From: the human T2T-CHM13v2.0 reference genome, Homo sapiens
Assembly (NCBI RefSeq): GCF_009914755.1
Contig: NC_060947.1
Length of the DNA stretch: 64,000 nt
Reading direction: 5' to 3' (one strand)
The position numbers and the translations under genes were made by a program. Positions 30,837 to 44,729 of the stretch are shown one piece after another. Below the pieces are notes generated by a model. That model worked only from the letters and a program-made list of their open reading frames with translations. It was not told the DNA's origin and searched no databases. Within the stretch, counting starts at the first letter, position 1. Every line of letters starts with the position of its first letter.

Positions 30837-32466
30837 GTATGGCAATGTATTTTTCCACTGAGAGAAGCAGAAAGCCAGTCTCTTCTAATGTAAACTACTA
30901 ACTCCTGTCAGACAGGGTTACACAGAAAGCAAAATAAGGAAATACTGAAGTTTTCTTTTTTTCATTAAAAATGAAAAGTTTTATTTAAAAAGCAACTTCA
31001 GGTCCCTTAAAAACCAATTTCTTCCTTAGCATTTTTTTTTTTTTTTTGCCAGTGTGAGTGTGTGGGAAGAGAAGCTGTTTTTCTGAAATGCTTGTAAGTG
31101 ATCATAATTTGTAGCTACAGATTTTGAAAAGCATTTAAAAACAGTTTCACAGTGTACTCTTCAGGATGACATCTTTCCTTTGAGGCAGAGGAGTGACTTT
31201 TCTAAAAAGTGTTTCTTAAGTAGTTGCTCTTCCCAAGGCAAAGGTACCTCACTCTAATCTCTTCACTGCCTCTTGTCCCTCTTCATCTTCCTTTATTTTT
31301 CAAGTTATTTGTGTCTCCTGATACAATTTCCCAGTATTTTATTAAGTGGTCTGGACCAAATGCAATATTTTATTATCTGTTGACATTAATTTTGAAATCA
31401 TAAAATAAAAACATTCTAGGTCACAGGACTCAAATTTTGTCTGGGTCTAATTTCCATTACATGTTCTAGTTTGAACTCAACCACTTCTCCCTGGTTTTTA
31501 TTTTCTTTTTAATAAAAGAAACATGAAAAACTCCAATCTACATGGTTGGAAGTAAAGATATAAAGTGTGAAGATTGGTTTACTGTCAATTATCAACAATT
31601 AAACATAAAGAAAAGAAACAGTACCCTGGAGTTTTACTACAACACCCAGAGTAGCAGGAGAGGTTTCGTGCTTACTATAATCTTTCTTGATATTTTGCCA
31701 AACTGCCTAATGTAATTTGAACTTTCCAGGCCTTGTTAATAATTCAGAAACCTCATGTTTGTATATAAATTTCCTTTCAGAGAGCTCAAATCTCTTTCAT
31801 AACATTTTCTCTAACCACGTCAATATTCTACTTGGAAGGCTTAGTTATTTATTTTCTTACGAATGCTACAAATGAGAAAATGAGGCATAAATACTCAGGA
31901 TATTTGACATGCATTCATAAGTCTGAGAAGTGGTTGAATTAAAACTGTGATGAATCCCTTAAGTCCCAAACTAATTACTAATTCAGCTTTGATTTTTTTT
32001 TCTAAGGTTAAAAGTAATCATTTATTCTTTAGGATGAGATGCTTCCTCTTGAATCCAGGGCTGAATTTACCTCTCTGTCTAAAGCAACTTTTAAAATGGA
32101 AAAAACATATATTTAAAAATGATTTACAGACACTATATCAAGTAGCACAGGACAGTGATCCCTAAAAGAAGGAAAGCAAATGGTGTGAGCATCTGATTGC
32201 CCCAGCTTACTGTCTGGAGATAGTTCCTAAGCCTAGCACAGGGATGGGGAGATAAAGCAGAACGTGGAGGTCACCCCGAGTTGAGGAAATGGAGCTAGGA
32301 CTCTGGGAAGGCCAAAACAGCTGGAATTTGTAGGGCTGTATATCAGAGAAAAAAGAGTTGCACAATAAGAGAACTCCACGGATCTGCAGAGGGTCCCCAA
32401 GTCTTCTGCTAAGTATAGATCGATACATATATCTGAGAAAATTACCTGAAGTGAAGGGAGGAACTA

Positions 32467-33220
32467 TTTTGGAGACATTCCTCTATGAGTCTCTGTGTTA
32501 GTCCGCCAGGGCTGTAACAAAATACCACAGACTGGATGGCTTGAGCAACAGAAATTTATTTGCTCACAGTTCTGGAGACTGGAAGTCCAAGGTCAAGGTG
32601 CCAGCAGAGTTGGGTTTTCCTGAGGCCTCTTTTCTTGGCTTGCAGATGGCTGCCTTCTCACTGTGTCCTCACATGGTCTTTTCTCTGGGCATGTGCAGAA
32701 AGAGATCTCTGGTTTCTCTGCCTCTTACAAGGACACCCACCAGTCCTTTTGGGTTAGAACTCCACCCTTATGACCTCATTTAATTTCAATTACCTCATTA
32801 AAGGCCTTATCTCCAAATACAGTCGCTTTGGGGATTAGAGTTCAAAATATGAATTTTATAGAGACATAATTCAGTCCATAGCAGTCTCTTACATTTTTGC
32901 ACATCTTACAGCGTCACGAACTGCCCATGTTCTGGTATATCTTATTAAGGATTTTTTTGTTGTTGCAAACTGCCGTAGAAGGCAGATATAGTTTCTTCTT
33001 TGGAAGCAAAGGACAGATATGCTTACTGTCCAATATAAGATCTAGATTCTGGGTTTCTCTCCTATAATACAACCTACAGCATGTGTAGGAGTTGCCTGTA
33101 CCTCTTTACGTTGCCCTGTGAGAATTGGCAAACTGTCTTCTCTTAACATCCCTGAAATTGTGGCAGGCTAAGTTCTCAACTTGTGAGTAGGGCAAAAGCT
33201 CATTCTTTCAGAGATCTTCA
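32467..33220 (+). mobile_element. ERVL LTR (LTR47-like) interrupted by MLT1A
   Basis: ttcctctatgagtctc|ttacatttttgcacatctt..., tttacgttgccctgtg, tgtggcaggctaa; family name from recall. Confidence 0.55.
32494..32883 (-). mobile_element. MLT1A-like MaLR solo LTR with 5-bp TSD
   Basis: tgtgttagtc...aacaaaataccacagactgg...aattcagtccatagca; TSD gtctc at 32489-32493 and 32884-32888. Confidence 0.9.
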
Positions 33221-33228
33221 AACCTATC

Positions 33229-33683
33229 TGCTATGGTTTTGATGCCAAAACTCATGTTGAAATTTGATCTGCAATGTGGCAGAGTTGGAGGTGAGGCCTA
33301 CTGGGAAGTATGTGGGTGATGAAGGCAGATCCTTCATGAATAGGTTAATGCTTTCCCACTAGAGTGAGGGAGTTCTTGCTTGTGGGAATGAATTAGTTCC
33401 TGAGGGAGTGGACTAGTTCCCACAGGAGTGAGTTGTTAAATAGAGTCTGGCTTCCTCTGTTTCTCTCTTGTGCTTTCTCTCTTACTATGTGATCTCTTTT
33501 CACATGCCCACTCCCCTTCTGCTTTTCACAATGAGTGGAAACAGCATGAGGACCTCAACAGTTGCCACTGGCCAATCTTGAACTTTTCAGCCTACAGAGC
33601 AGTGAGCCAAATAAACCACTTTATAAAATGAATTACCCAGCCTCAGGTATTCTGTAATAGCAACACAAAAATGTACTAAGACA
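33229..33683 (+). mobile_element. MSTB-like MaLR solo LTR with 5-bp TSD
   Basis: tgctatggtttt...aaactcatgttgaaatttgat...actaagaca; TSD ctatc at 33224-33228 and 33684-33688. Confidence 0.9.
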
Positions 33684-34611
33684 CTATCTAAAAGAAATAG
33701 AGAGAACAATCACCGTATCTCCTACAGGGCCAGGAATAGTTCATGCTTCCACCAGTCAAAGTGGAAAAGCTTGTAAATCACAAGATATAAAAAAGAGTAC
33801 TCAGAATAACATTGCTACAATAATGGAGAAAGATAGGCTATAGACTAAACCTGCTCTAGTCATCTAGCACAGCTTAAATGCAAGTCGTGAAAAGATCAAA
33901 GTGTTTCAAAGTAACTTAATTGCAACTCAGAAGAAAGTTCAAGAGTATCCAAAACCTAACAAGGTAATATTTGCAACTTCTGGCATCAAATAAAAAAGTA
34001 CCAGGGTTGCAAGGAAGCAGTGATGTATAGCCCATAATAAGAATTAAAACAAATCAATAGATATAGATTCAAAAATTACACAAATGCTAGAATTAGTAGG
34101 TAAGGACTTTAAAACAGTTATTATAACTGTATTGCACATGCTTAAGAAGACAGAGGAAAGATTGAACATGTTGCGTGGAAACAAACGCATAAAAACAAAA
34201 AATACATTGGATAGCATTAACTAGAGATTAGCCACTGCAGGAAAAAAAAAAAAAGAGTAGTAAATTTGAAAACCTACCACTGGGAACTGTCCAAAATAAA
34301 ATAGAGGAAAAGACTGAAAAAAATTAATGAACCATCAGTGAGCTGTGGAACAACATCAAGTTGGCTAACATATATGTAATTGGAGTCATCAAAAGCAAAG
34401 AAGGGTGAGAGGAACAGAAAAAGTGTTTAAGAAATAATGGCTGAAGATTTTCCAAATATGATGCAAACTATAAACCCAAGATCCACAAAGCTCAACAACT
34501 CTCATTCAGAAAAAATATGAAGAAAAATATACCATGGCACATCATCAAATTGCTTACAGCCAGTGATAAACAGAAAAATCTTTGAAAGAACCAGAGGCAA
34601 AAAGTCACCCT

Positions 34612-35020
34612 GTTGATTCATATCCCTTATCTGAAATGCTTGGGACCAGAAATGTTTCAAATTTTTTATTTTGGGGGGAGATTTTTAAATATATGTAATG
34701 GGATATCTTGGGTGGGATCCAAGTTTAAACATGAAATTTATTATATATGTATACACACACACACACCTTACACACTTAGCCTAATGGTAATTTTATACAA
34801 TATCTTAAATAATTCTGTGCATGAAATAAAGTTTGTGTACATTGAGACATCAAGAAGCAAAGATGTCACTCTCATAGTGTGCTGTGCACCTGCATTTGGA
34901 CTGCGACCTTCACATGAGATCAAGTGTAGAATTCCACTTGTGGCATCATGTCACACCAAAAAGTTTCAGATTTTGGAACATTTTGAATTTTGGATTTTCA
35001 GATTAGGGATGCTTAACCTG
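34612..35020. mobile_element. Tigger4/MER46-like TcMar MITE
   Basis: TIR-like ends gttgattcatatcccttatctgaaa and tttcagattagggatgcttaacctg followed by TA. Confidence 0.75.
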
Positions 35021-35333
35021 TATGTTTATGCAATCAAAGATAAGGATTACAGCAGACTTCTCGTTGGAATAAATGCAAATAAGGAGACAGTGAAGCAGCA
35101 TCTTTAATGGTTAAAAAGAAAAGTAAAAACTTTGAGTTCTATATTTAATGAAAATATTTTTCAAAAACAAAAATATGAAATAAAAGGCTTTTTTATTTGT
35201 ACAAACTGAAATAATCACCAGCAGATTTGCACTGTAAAAATGTTTTAAAAATTCTTCAGGTATATTGAAAATGATGCTAGATAAAAACTGGATTTTCACA
35301 AAGAAATGAGGAGCACCAGAAATGGTAAATACA

Positions 35334-35630
35334 GGCTGGGCATGATGTCTCATGCCTGTAATCTCAGCACTTTAGGAGGCAAAAGTGGGTGGATCGCTTT
35401 AGCCCAGGAGTTCAAGTCCATCTTGGGCAACATGGCGATACCTCATCTCTACAAAAACTCCAAAAATTAGCTCAAGTATGGTGGTGTGCACCTGTACTAC
35501 TCGAGAGGCTGGGATGGGGGGATCATTTGAGAATGGAAGGTTGGGGCTGCAGTGAGCTGTGATTGCACTCCAGCCTGGGTGATAGAATAAAACCCTACCT
35601 GGAAAATAAAAAAAAGAAAAAGAAAAAAAA
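35334..35630 (+). mobile_element. AluJ
   Basis: agcccaggagttcaag, ggctgcagtgagctgtgatt; TSD ggtaaata(c/t)a. Confidence 0.88.
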
Positions 35631-36024
35631 GGTAAATATAAAGACTTTATTTTTAATTCTTTTTAAAATATAGTTTTCTGTTTAAACCCAAAATAATAAC
35701 AATACAGTATGTGGTTCTGAGCATGTATAGAAGTTAAATGCATGACAACCATAGCATGAGGACTGAGAGAATGGAAAAGGTAGTATAGAGTTGTAAGGTT
35801 CTTGTACCATAAGAGAAGTAGTATAATGTTACTTTAAGGACTGGGGTAAGTTAAAGATTTGTACTATAAACCCTAAAGAAACATCGTAAAACTAAGTACT
35901 ATAGCTAAAAAGGCAACAAAATAGATAAAATGAAATAACAATAAATTCTCAATCCAAAAAAAGATAAAAAATATTGATGGATTTATTAGACACAAATAGT
36001 CAGATGGTAGACTTTAATCAAACC

Positions 36025-36222
36025 TTAATAGTTAATAATAATGTCATATATTTTACAATAGCTAAAAGAAGGGATTTCACATCTTCTCATCACAAAGAAA
36101 TGATAAATATTTGAGTGATGGATTTGCTAATTAGCCTGATTTAATCATTCCACAATGTATACATACATCAAAACTTGACATTGTGTCCCAGAAATATGTG
36201 CTATTATTATGAAAACAAAAAA
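36025..36222 (+). mobile_element. Short L1MA 3'-end insertion
   Basis: atagctaaaagaagggattt...cacaaagaaatgataaatatttgag...gctaattagcctgatttaatcattccacaatgtatacata. Confidence 0.75.
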
Positions 36223-37399
36223 CCCAGCCATATGAATAATAAGATTATATTTAAGTGGTCTAAACATACCAACCGAAAGACAGAGTTTGTCAGATTGGAT
36301 AATAAGGAAAGGAAGACCCAACCATAGGCCAAACCAGGAAATCCACTTTGAATATGAAGACAAAAATAGGTGAAAATTGAAAGAGTAAGAAAAGATATAT
36401 CACACTAACGTTAATCAAAATAAGTCCAGAGTGTCTGTATTAATATCAGAAAAAGTAGATTTCAGAACTAAGAATATTCTTTAGGGTGAATCAGAAACTA
36501 CTTTGAATAATCTAACTCCTGAAGAGCAACAAGACCTGGTGAATTAATAACTAAAATCTGAATTCTGCTCACTATCTACTTCTGTTTTCTTTTTTGACCT
36601 TTCTTTTTCTTATATATGTGATAAGGGATTTATATTAGAAGATTCTTATTTCTTGAACATTTGTAGAAGTCTAGATTTTATTTAGTTTTCTATCCCTAAA
36701 AACTCTCAAACTATCTGACAACTCATGGGTAATGCTTTTTATGATATTTATGAATGGGGTAAAATATGGCCTTTACAATCATCAAGTCTCTTGTAAAACT
36801 GGAGTTCTAAGGTTTTATATCAATAACCAGGTATTTTATAAAAGTTCATAAGATATTGAATGAAATAAAGATCTCACAGCAATTTAATGGGAGTTTTGTT
36901 GGTCAGTCTCCATTCTGCCCAAAATTATTCTTTGAAATTCCAATTAAACATTTTTAAAAAGAGTGTTCACTTTTAATTTCTACATTGATAGGTAGACCTA
37001 GAGGGTGATAAATAAAACCTGTTTCAGTGCCAGGCAACAGATGGCAGATAAAAGATATTATCATATACCTTCAACCAGGCAGGATAAATTGTACAAACAT
37101 ATTTTAGCAGCTGCTAAGTTAAACAGATATACGGGGCAGGTAAAAACAAACAAAAAAATTTCCAGTGATCCCATGGAGACTAATTAAGAAATTGTGCAGT
37201 TGTAAAGCTATATATTTCTGTAAATGCCAGCCTTTTCTCTGTACTTAATTGTTCCTTTTAAACATTTAACACATCTGAGAACTGTATCCTGTGTCTTGGT
37301 GCTCTATCTTAAGGAACCAGTAAAAAGTCCACAACCTCCCTGGGGGAAAGCAAAACTCAAGTTGACTGAGACCAGGTCAATTTCTAGCTAGAGGACTGA

Positions 37400-37700
37400 C
37401 TGTTCTCAACACTGCAAGATATATCCTAATTGACTCATGAAATTGACTTGGCATGCTATAAGGTTTGAAGTCACACTGAACAACAGGGTGATATTCTGAG
37501 AAGAATAATGGTCCAGGTGTAAGAAAACATGCCTTACTTCTAGTAGTAACAATTATGGGAGGCCTGTAAGTCCCTGAGCATCTCATGGCTCAATTTCCTC
37601 ATCTCTGCACAGGGGGAAATCATTCCTGCCCTGCCTATTTCACAGGCCTTTTATGGAAATTAGTAGAACAAAGAGAAGAAGTTGACAATAACTAGGGAAC
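37400..37700. mobile_element. MIR
   Basis: Core ctcaatttcctcatctctgcacagggggaaatcattcctgccctgccta. Confidence 0.5.
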
Positions 37701-38488
37701 AATAAATTATTTATGTTATTCTAAATAATTTCAGGTTTATAGTCTCTAATATTATAAATTTCAGCTATATTTTCATTTTATTATTTTTAATTACTTTTAT
37801 CATTTTGTTATTTTATCATGTTCTTATTTTACCATCTATCATTTTATAATTTAACCTACCCCTTTGAATTACATAAGGAAAATTATCTAGTTCTCTAAAA
37901 AGGAAACTGATAAAGGGGTGACCCAAGTTCAAAACTTCATTCATGACAGTCATCAATTTCTCTTCTGTGTAAGGAAGACTTTTCCCAACCATTTGAGCTT
38001 CCCAGAAAATGGAATATTCTGTTTTCTAAGGTAATGAGTTTTACTTCTGTGGATAGTATAGAAAGGATTGGTATTCCTTTGAAAAGAAGGAGGTAAATAC
38101 ATATTAAATGACCCCTGGCTGCCGAAAGGGTCCATGTCACACACACAAAAAAAATTCCAAAGAACTCTAGACTCTAGTGATTTTCTTTCATAACAGGTCT
38201 TAGCCATGATGTGCAGGCAAAGTTAAGACTTGAGAAAATTAGGGAGACAAGAGGATAGGGAGGGCTTGCACGAACTGGATCTTTCTATGAGCTGGAAAAT
38301 AACAACGTATTGCACCATCCTCTGGGTGCGATTTGTGAACAATGCGTCCCCCAGGTGACAATGGCAGTAAACATTCTGGTGTCCACTCTAAGCAGATAGT
38401 AAAGTAAGCAGCCACTGCTCTGGAACATTAACCAAGCCAAGTGAAATTCTGGTTAAATTCACTACTAGCAGACTAAAGGTCAACATAA

Positions 38489-38491
<3 letters not shown>

Positions 38492-38520
<29 letters not shown>
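38492..38520. repeat. (CA)n microsatellite
   Basis: Directly visible. Confidence 0.95.
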
Positions 38521-38859
38521 TTATTTGATATTTTGCAACGGTAATAATTACTCCTATTTCAACACATTTAAAATATTAAATTGTGTATATTTTCAATGTC
38601 AGTATGTAGCTATAATTAATAGTAAAAATTAAATTCCCACATCTGTGCATAATCCAAACAATGAAACACACCTGATTTTTAATGTATAAGGGACTTGTGT
38701 TCATTGAAGAAGAAAATCTTTCAGCAATTATATTTTGGAAGAAAAGCAAATATTCCCTAGAGGTATATGTCCCAATATTTTCTTCAATTTTAAATAGCAT
38801 TTGTCCAAGGTCACAAAAGTGGATAAGCCTGGGTTTGCACTAAGTCATTCGTAATTAGA

Positions 38860-39095
38860 TCACAGTGGTGTCTGAGGGCTGTATGGCAGGAACCACTGTA
38901 AGGAATTTGCTTACATTGTTCTATTTAATCCTCCGTAGCTCCATTAACTCAATACTATTATGATCCTCTTTGTAGATGGGCAAACTGAAGTTGGAGGGAT
39001 CCAGAGTCTCCCAGTTAGGATATCACAGATCTAGGATTCTCCCCAGACAGTCCGACTCCATAGCCAATGTGTTTAATTCTTGCATTCCACTGCTT
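38860..39095. mobile_element. MIR
   Basis: tttaatcctc...tactattatgatcctctttgtagatgggcaaactgaag...ggattc...cagtccgactcca. Confidence 0.65.
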
Positions 39096-39589
39096 TTGCA
39101 AAGTAAAAGAGGTACTTAAAATGACATATACATAGAAATACTATGATCAGCTTATCTTTTATCACAATGCAGAAACATAAATCCTTCCAATTCTTCAAAC
39201 TTAATTTTATTTTTCATTTGTACTGAGTTAGTTTCTTAGGAACATGGTACACATTAATGATTTTAAGAACATCCACTCACTTGAACAGCATGTTGGGTTA
39301 CGTAAACTTACGTTCTCTCAATGTGTGAGTACGATACTCTTTCGGATAGGAAACTGTGCTGTTATATATAGCCTCACAGTAAAAGTCTCTCATATTTAAA
39401 GGAAAAATAAAGCCAACAACTTAAAGAACTGAAAGGCAAGTAAGCTGCACAAATGCATTTTCACAGTATTACAGACCCTTATTTCACTTTTTCAAAAATA
39501 AGTAGGGGTAGTCATTTAGCAACATTTCCTGAAAACCCCAAACAACAGTCTATCTGGTAATTGCTTCTTGTAAAATGCGTATCCTACAA

Positions 39590-40030
39590 AATCACTTCTG
39601 TGGGATTACTGCCAAAAATATATAACCTGAAACTAACCATGAGGAAACATCAGAATGAGTCAAATTGAGAGACATTCTACAAAATAACTGCCCAGTACTC
39701 TTCCAAAATATCACACTCGTGAAAGACAAAGAAGGGCTGAGAAACTGTTCCTGATTAAAGAAGACTAAGGAAACATGACAACTAAATGCAACATGTGATC
39801 CTGGACTGAATCATGGACAAGGAAGAAAAAAATTGTTTTTGCTAACAAAAGATATAATTGGGACAATCAGTGATATTTGAATCAGATTTGTGGATTAGCT
39901 GATAATATTATAGGAAAGTTAATTTTAGAGTTAGATAATTGTACTGAGGTGATATAAGAGAATGTCTTTGTTTTAAGGAAATCATTAAAGGTAAAAGTGA
40001 TTATTTTTGTAACTATCAAATATTGCAGGA
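39590..40030 (+). mobile_element. L1MC/L1ME 3' UTR fragment
   Basis: caaattgagagacattctacaaaataactg...gacaactaaatgcaacatgtgatcctgga. Confidence 0.75.
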
Positions 40031-41394
40031 AAAATGTATGTGTGTGTGTGTGTGTGCATTGTTCTTATGAGACCAATTTTGCGTGCCTTAACACCGTATT
40101 AAATTACATGTGGATTTATCAGATTACAACAGCCAACATGTTCACATTTGAAGCATTGAACATGCATTAGCGTCTTAGAAGATATGAATACAATATTGAC
40201 AATGGTGTTTCCTTACTCACTTTATAAAATCTGACTCTGGATGATTACTTCTCTGTAAGCCACATCTGTAGGTTGGAATTCTGTTAACACCCTAGAGGTT
40301 GGCTTGGCTTCTCCAAGCAACAACATGAGAAAAGTGGGGTCTGATGATATTCCATCAGTGCAATTAACCTCTCAGCTCTCATCCCTGTTAATCCTAACTC
40401 CCGGACTCACTGGGTCATTTTACAGCCAGCACTGAGTATGCTGGAAAGCTCATGAGAAACTGGACTTTGATCCCTGGATGATTCAGATTCTGTCAATGTA
40501 CTAATCTTGATAAGCCTTCTACCCAATTGTGAGTCTCAAATTCTTGAAAACCTCTGACCATAACCTCAAAATAATTCATGGCACATTGTTTCCAGGAATA
40601 TATGAATCCTCATATTAAAAGAGGCACACTAATGCTTTCAATCCTTTATACCTTTGTCTAGTTTAAAATAAATTAAATATTTTAAATTCCCATGTTACTA
40701 CTCTGTCAACTTCTTAGATGCTAGACTAAGCCCTATGCTTTGACAATTTCTCAGGGATACCTTTTGAAAGAAATATAGAAATATTTGGTCAATTAATTAC
40801 CATTCAATCATAACATAAAAGTATTAGTAAATGAGGACCTTATATTTCTTAATGTGTCATAAAAATAAATAGATCTTTATTGATTCTTCATTGGGAGTGA
40901 AAATCCTTTGTTAAAGTAATCCCAAGATCTGCTGACTATGAAACTGATTCTCCATATAATGTGAATGAGTATAGATGAAAGAGAATTTTAAATACTTCCA
41001 AGCCATGTCTTCTGAGGAAAATATTCCATTTTACAATATGCTACTGACTAGAAAACCCTTAATTGTCCTTATTTTGAAAAATAGGTTAACTCTTAAGCTA
41101 TTAAGAAGTTAAGAATCATCTTAACTCTTGGTTGATAAAGACTACCAAAGAGAAACTAAAGCAAGCAATAAAAATATAAAAGGGGAAGTTCCATTGAAAC
41201 ACCTCAAATGCATAATAATTTTAGTAATTTCTTATTTTAGTATAAAACTTCACTACGTTGAAAAGGTTTTACAAATATTTTCTAAAACACAGGTTGGAAG
41301 TAGGCCTCAATCCCAGCACCACTCCAGCTTCAATGCAAGGACACTTCTTTTTGTCCCATTGTGGTTCCTGAACATCTTACATTGGTATGCTTTT

Positions 41395-42875
41395 TTGTGT
41401 GTCAACATTTATGTTAGGATCACAGGGTATATGTGCAGGTTTGTTACCTGAGTAAATTGTGTGTTGCTGAAGTTTGGTGTATGAATGATCCCATCACCCA
41501 GGCAGTGAGCATAATACCCAATAGTTAGTTTTTCAACCCTTGCTCTCCTCCCGCCCTACCCCCTCTATTAGTCCCCAGTGTCAGTTGCTCCCATCTTTAT
41601 GTCCATGTGTACTCAATGTTTGCCTTCCACTTATAAGTGAGAACATGTGGTATTTGGTTTTCTGCCCCTGCGTTAATTCACTTAGGATAATGTCTTCCAC
41701 CTGCATCCATGTTGCTGCAAAGGACCTAATTTTATTCTTCTTTATGGCTGTGTAGTATTCCATGGTGTATATGTACCACATTTTCTTCATCCAGTTCACC
41801 GTTGATGGGTGTCCAGATTAATTGCATGTCTTTGCTATTGTGAATAGTGCTGTGATAAACATGTGAATACATATATCTTATTGGTAATATGATTTATTTT
41901 TCTTTGGGTATATACCCAGTAATGGGATTGCTGGGTTGAATTATAATTCTGTTTTAAGTTATTTGAGAAATCTCCAAACTGCTTTCCCAGTGACTGAACT
42001 AATTTACATTTCCAACAACAGTGTGTAAGTATTCCCTTTTCTCTGCAACCTTGCCAATATCTGTTATTTTTTTACTTTTTAACAGTAGCCATTCTGACTG
42101 ATGTGAGATGGTATCTCATTGTGGTTTTGATTTGCATTTCTCTGATGATTAGTGATGTTCAGCATTTTTTTTCATGTGTTTGTTGGCTGCTTGTATGTTT
42201 TCTTTTGAGAAGTGTTTGTTCATGTATTTTGCCTACTTTATAAGGGTGTTGTTTTCTGCATGTTTAATTTTTTAAGTTTCTTATCCTGGATATTAGACCT
42301 TTGTTGGATGCATTCTGTAGGTTGTCTCTTTACTCTATTGGTAATTTCTTTTGCAGTGCAGAAGCTCTCTAATTTAATTAGTTCACACTTCTCAATTTTT
42401 ATTTTTGTTGTAATTGCTTTTGGGGACTTAGTCATAAATTCTTTGCCAAAGCTAGTGTCCAGAATGGTATTTGTCAGGGTTTCTTCTAGGATTTTCTAGC
42501 GTGTAGGTGTGTGCTTTATTTCTGGATTCTCCTGTTCCATTGGTCTATGTGTCTGTTTTTACCGGTACCATGCTGTTTTGGTTACTGTAGCCTTGCAGTA
42601 TAGTATGAAGTCAGGTAGTGTGATGCCTCTGGGTTTGTTCTTTTTATTTAGAATTGATTTAGCTATTCAGGCTCTTTTTTGGTTCCATATGAATTTTAGA
42701 ATAGTTTTGTCTGAATCTGTGAAAAATGACATTGATAGTTTGATATGTATAGCATTGAACCTGTAGATTGCTTTTGCAGTATGGCCATTTTAACAATATT
42801 GATTCTTCCTATCCATGAGCATGGGATGTTTTTACATTTGTTTGTATTATCTATGATTTCTTTCATCAGTGTTTT
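41395..42875 (-). mobile_element. 5'-truncated L1PA15/16-like element with internal deletions
   Basis: tgtgcaggtttgttacc...tgatcccatcacccagg 3' UTR; ORF2 C-terminus WMKKMWYIYTMEYY; TSD gtatgctttt at 41385-41394 and 42876-42885. Confidence 0.88.
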
Positions 42876-43131
42876 GTATGCTTTTATACCTACTAAATTT
42901 TGCTTATTTCATTTCCTTGTTCTGTAATTCTCTTGTTAATTCTACCCTTTCAAATTCTTGGTTTCTGCCAAACTCTTATCTATCCTTCAAGTGTCTATTA
43001 CAATATCACCTCCTTGTTGACTACCTGCTCACCCAAGGTAAAATGAAAGGTTCTCTTATGGGGATCCCGCAGCACTTTTACATATACAGCCTATGGAATA
43101 TTTCACATAGTCTTTATTAATACTGGATGAT

Positions 43132-43458
43132 TGTGATGGCTATTTTTATATGTCAACTTGACTAGGTCACATTACTCAGAAATTCAGTCAAACATTATTC
43201 TAGATATTTCTGTGAAGATATTTTTAGATGACATTAACAATTAAACCAGTAGACTTTAAGTAAAGCAGATTACTCTCCTTAATGCTGGTGGGCCTCATCC
43301 AATCAGCTGAAAATCTTCATAGAAAAAGACAGACCTCTGAAGAAAAAGGAATTCTGCTAGCAAACTGCTTTTAGATTTGAACTGCAGTAGCAAGTATCAG
43401 CTCTTCCCTAAATGTCTAGCTTCCTGGCTCGCTCTCTTGCTCCCTCTCTCTTTCCATA

Positions 43459-43536
<78 letters not shown>

Positions 43537-43575
43537 ATTGGTTCTGTTTCTCTGGAAAACCCTGACTAAACTAAT
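43132..43575 (+). mobile_element. MLT2B-like ERVL solo LTR containing a long (CA)n at 43460-43532
   Basis: tgtgatgg...tgtcaacttgactagg; taaagcagattac; ctattggttctgtttctctggaaaaccctgactaa. Confidence 0.85.
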
Positions 43576-44135
43576 GTAGTAGGAGATACTGGAATGGTCG
43601 ATTTTGAATCTCTATATTTTTCTGCACGTTTAGTTTTTTCCATAATTAAAATGTCACTTGAATTTTGATAGAAAAAAATGCAAAGAACTCAATATGATCT
43701 AGCTTTTGTTAAATTGGATGTACATACACTAAAATGCAAACAATTGTTATCTTAGGTTGACCCTTATTATTTTTTTCATTGCATTTGTGTTTTTTTTAAT
43801 ATTGTCCTGTAAAGAACTGTATTACTTATGTTAAGTAGGAGGAGAACAGCCACTTTCTAAGACAAAAATTTCGAATATTCCTTGAAATTAATTCGTGTCT
43901 CCATTTATCCCCAGGACTACTCCCACCCTTGTTTGAAGGCAGATTAATAAATTATTGGGGTCAGTCATTTTGGAAGGTGAATAGAAAGTGATGGAAACTA
44001 TGGTGAACAGGAGAAGGCATCCTGCATCTATAAATGGTAGTGACTGTGGGCCCAGTGAGGATGCATTATTAAAAACTTTAAGATATGTGAGACATCATTT
44101 ATTTGTAATATAATAATTTAAAAATAATAGCAAAC

Positions 44136-44137
<2 letters not shown>

Positions 44138-44176
<39 letters not shown>
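44138..44176. repeat. (AAAT)n microsatellite
   Basis: Directly visible. Confidence 0.92.
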
Positions 44177-44177
<1 letters not shown>

Positions 44178-44729
44178 ACTGTGCTTTCCAAACAAACCAC
44201 TGAGAATTCCAGTTTATGGCCTCAGGCTGATACCCTTTAAAAATCTATTTAAATTCTCAGGAAGAAATAATAAGCACAAATTATTATATATATATATAGT
44301 GTGTGTGTATATATATAAACAAATAAATAGTATATCCCATTGAAGATGTCATCTTTTAGTGTGGTACTGCACACTTCTGTGAGTTATTTACTAGTGTATG
44401 AATTTTAGAAACAGGATTAAAGAAACATAAATATTTGTTGACAAATGACAATTTACTTTATTTAAAGCAGGGTGATTCTATCATAATTTTTATCTGTCTC
44501 TCTTCAGTCAATTCAAGGGAACTCCCAAGCTAAAAATTACCCATAATATCTGTATAATATATAGATATTATATAGAAAGATATAGATGTATTTATATTTT
44601 TATATATAAATACAAGAGAAAAAAATCAATAAATCAATTACATCAATTCATGGGAATTCACAAGCTAAAAATTGCCGATTTATATAAATATATAAATACA
44701 TCTATATCTACAGAGATAATATCTATACT

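Larger units (their letters stand above)
32120..36490 (+). mobile_element. Old L1M 5' region/ORF1/start of ORF2, fragmented by nested insertions
   Basis: ORF1-like cagtgagctgtggaacaacatcaag...gtaattggagtc and gaaataatggctgaagattttccaaat; ORF2 start-like aagtggtctaaac...tcagattggat. Confidence 0.7.
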
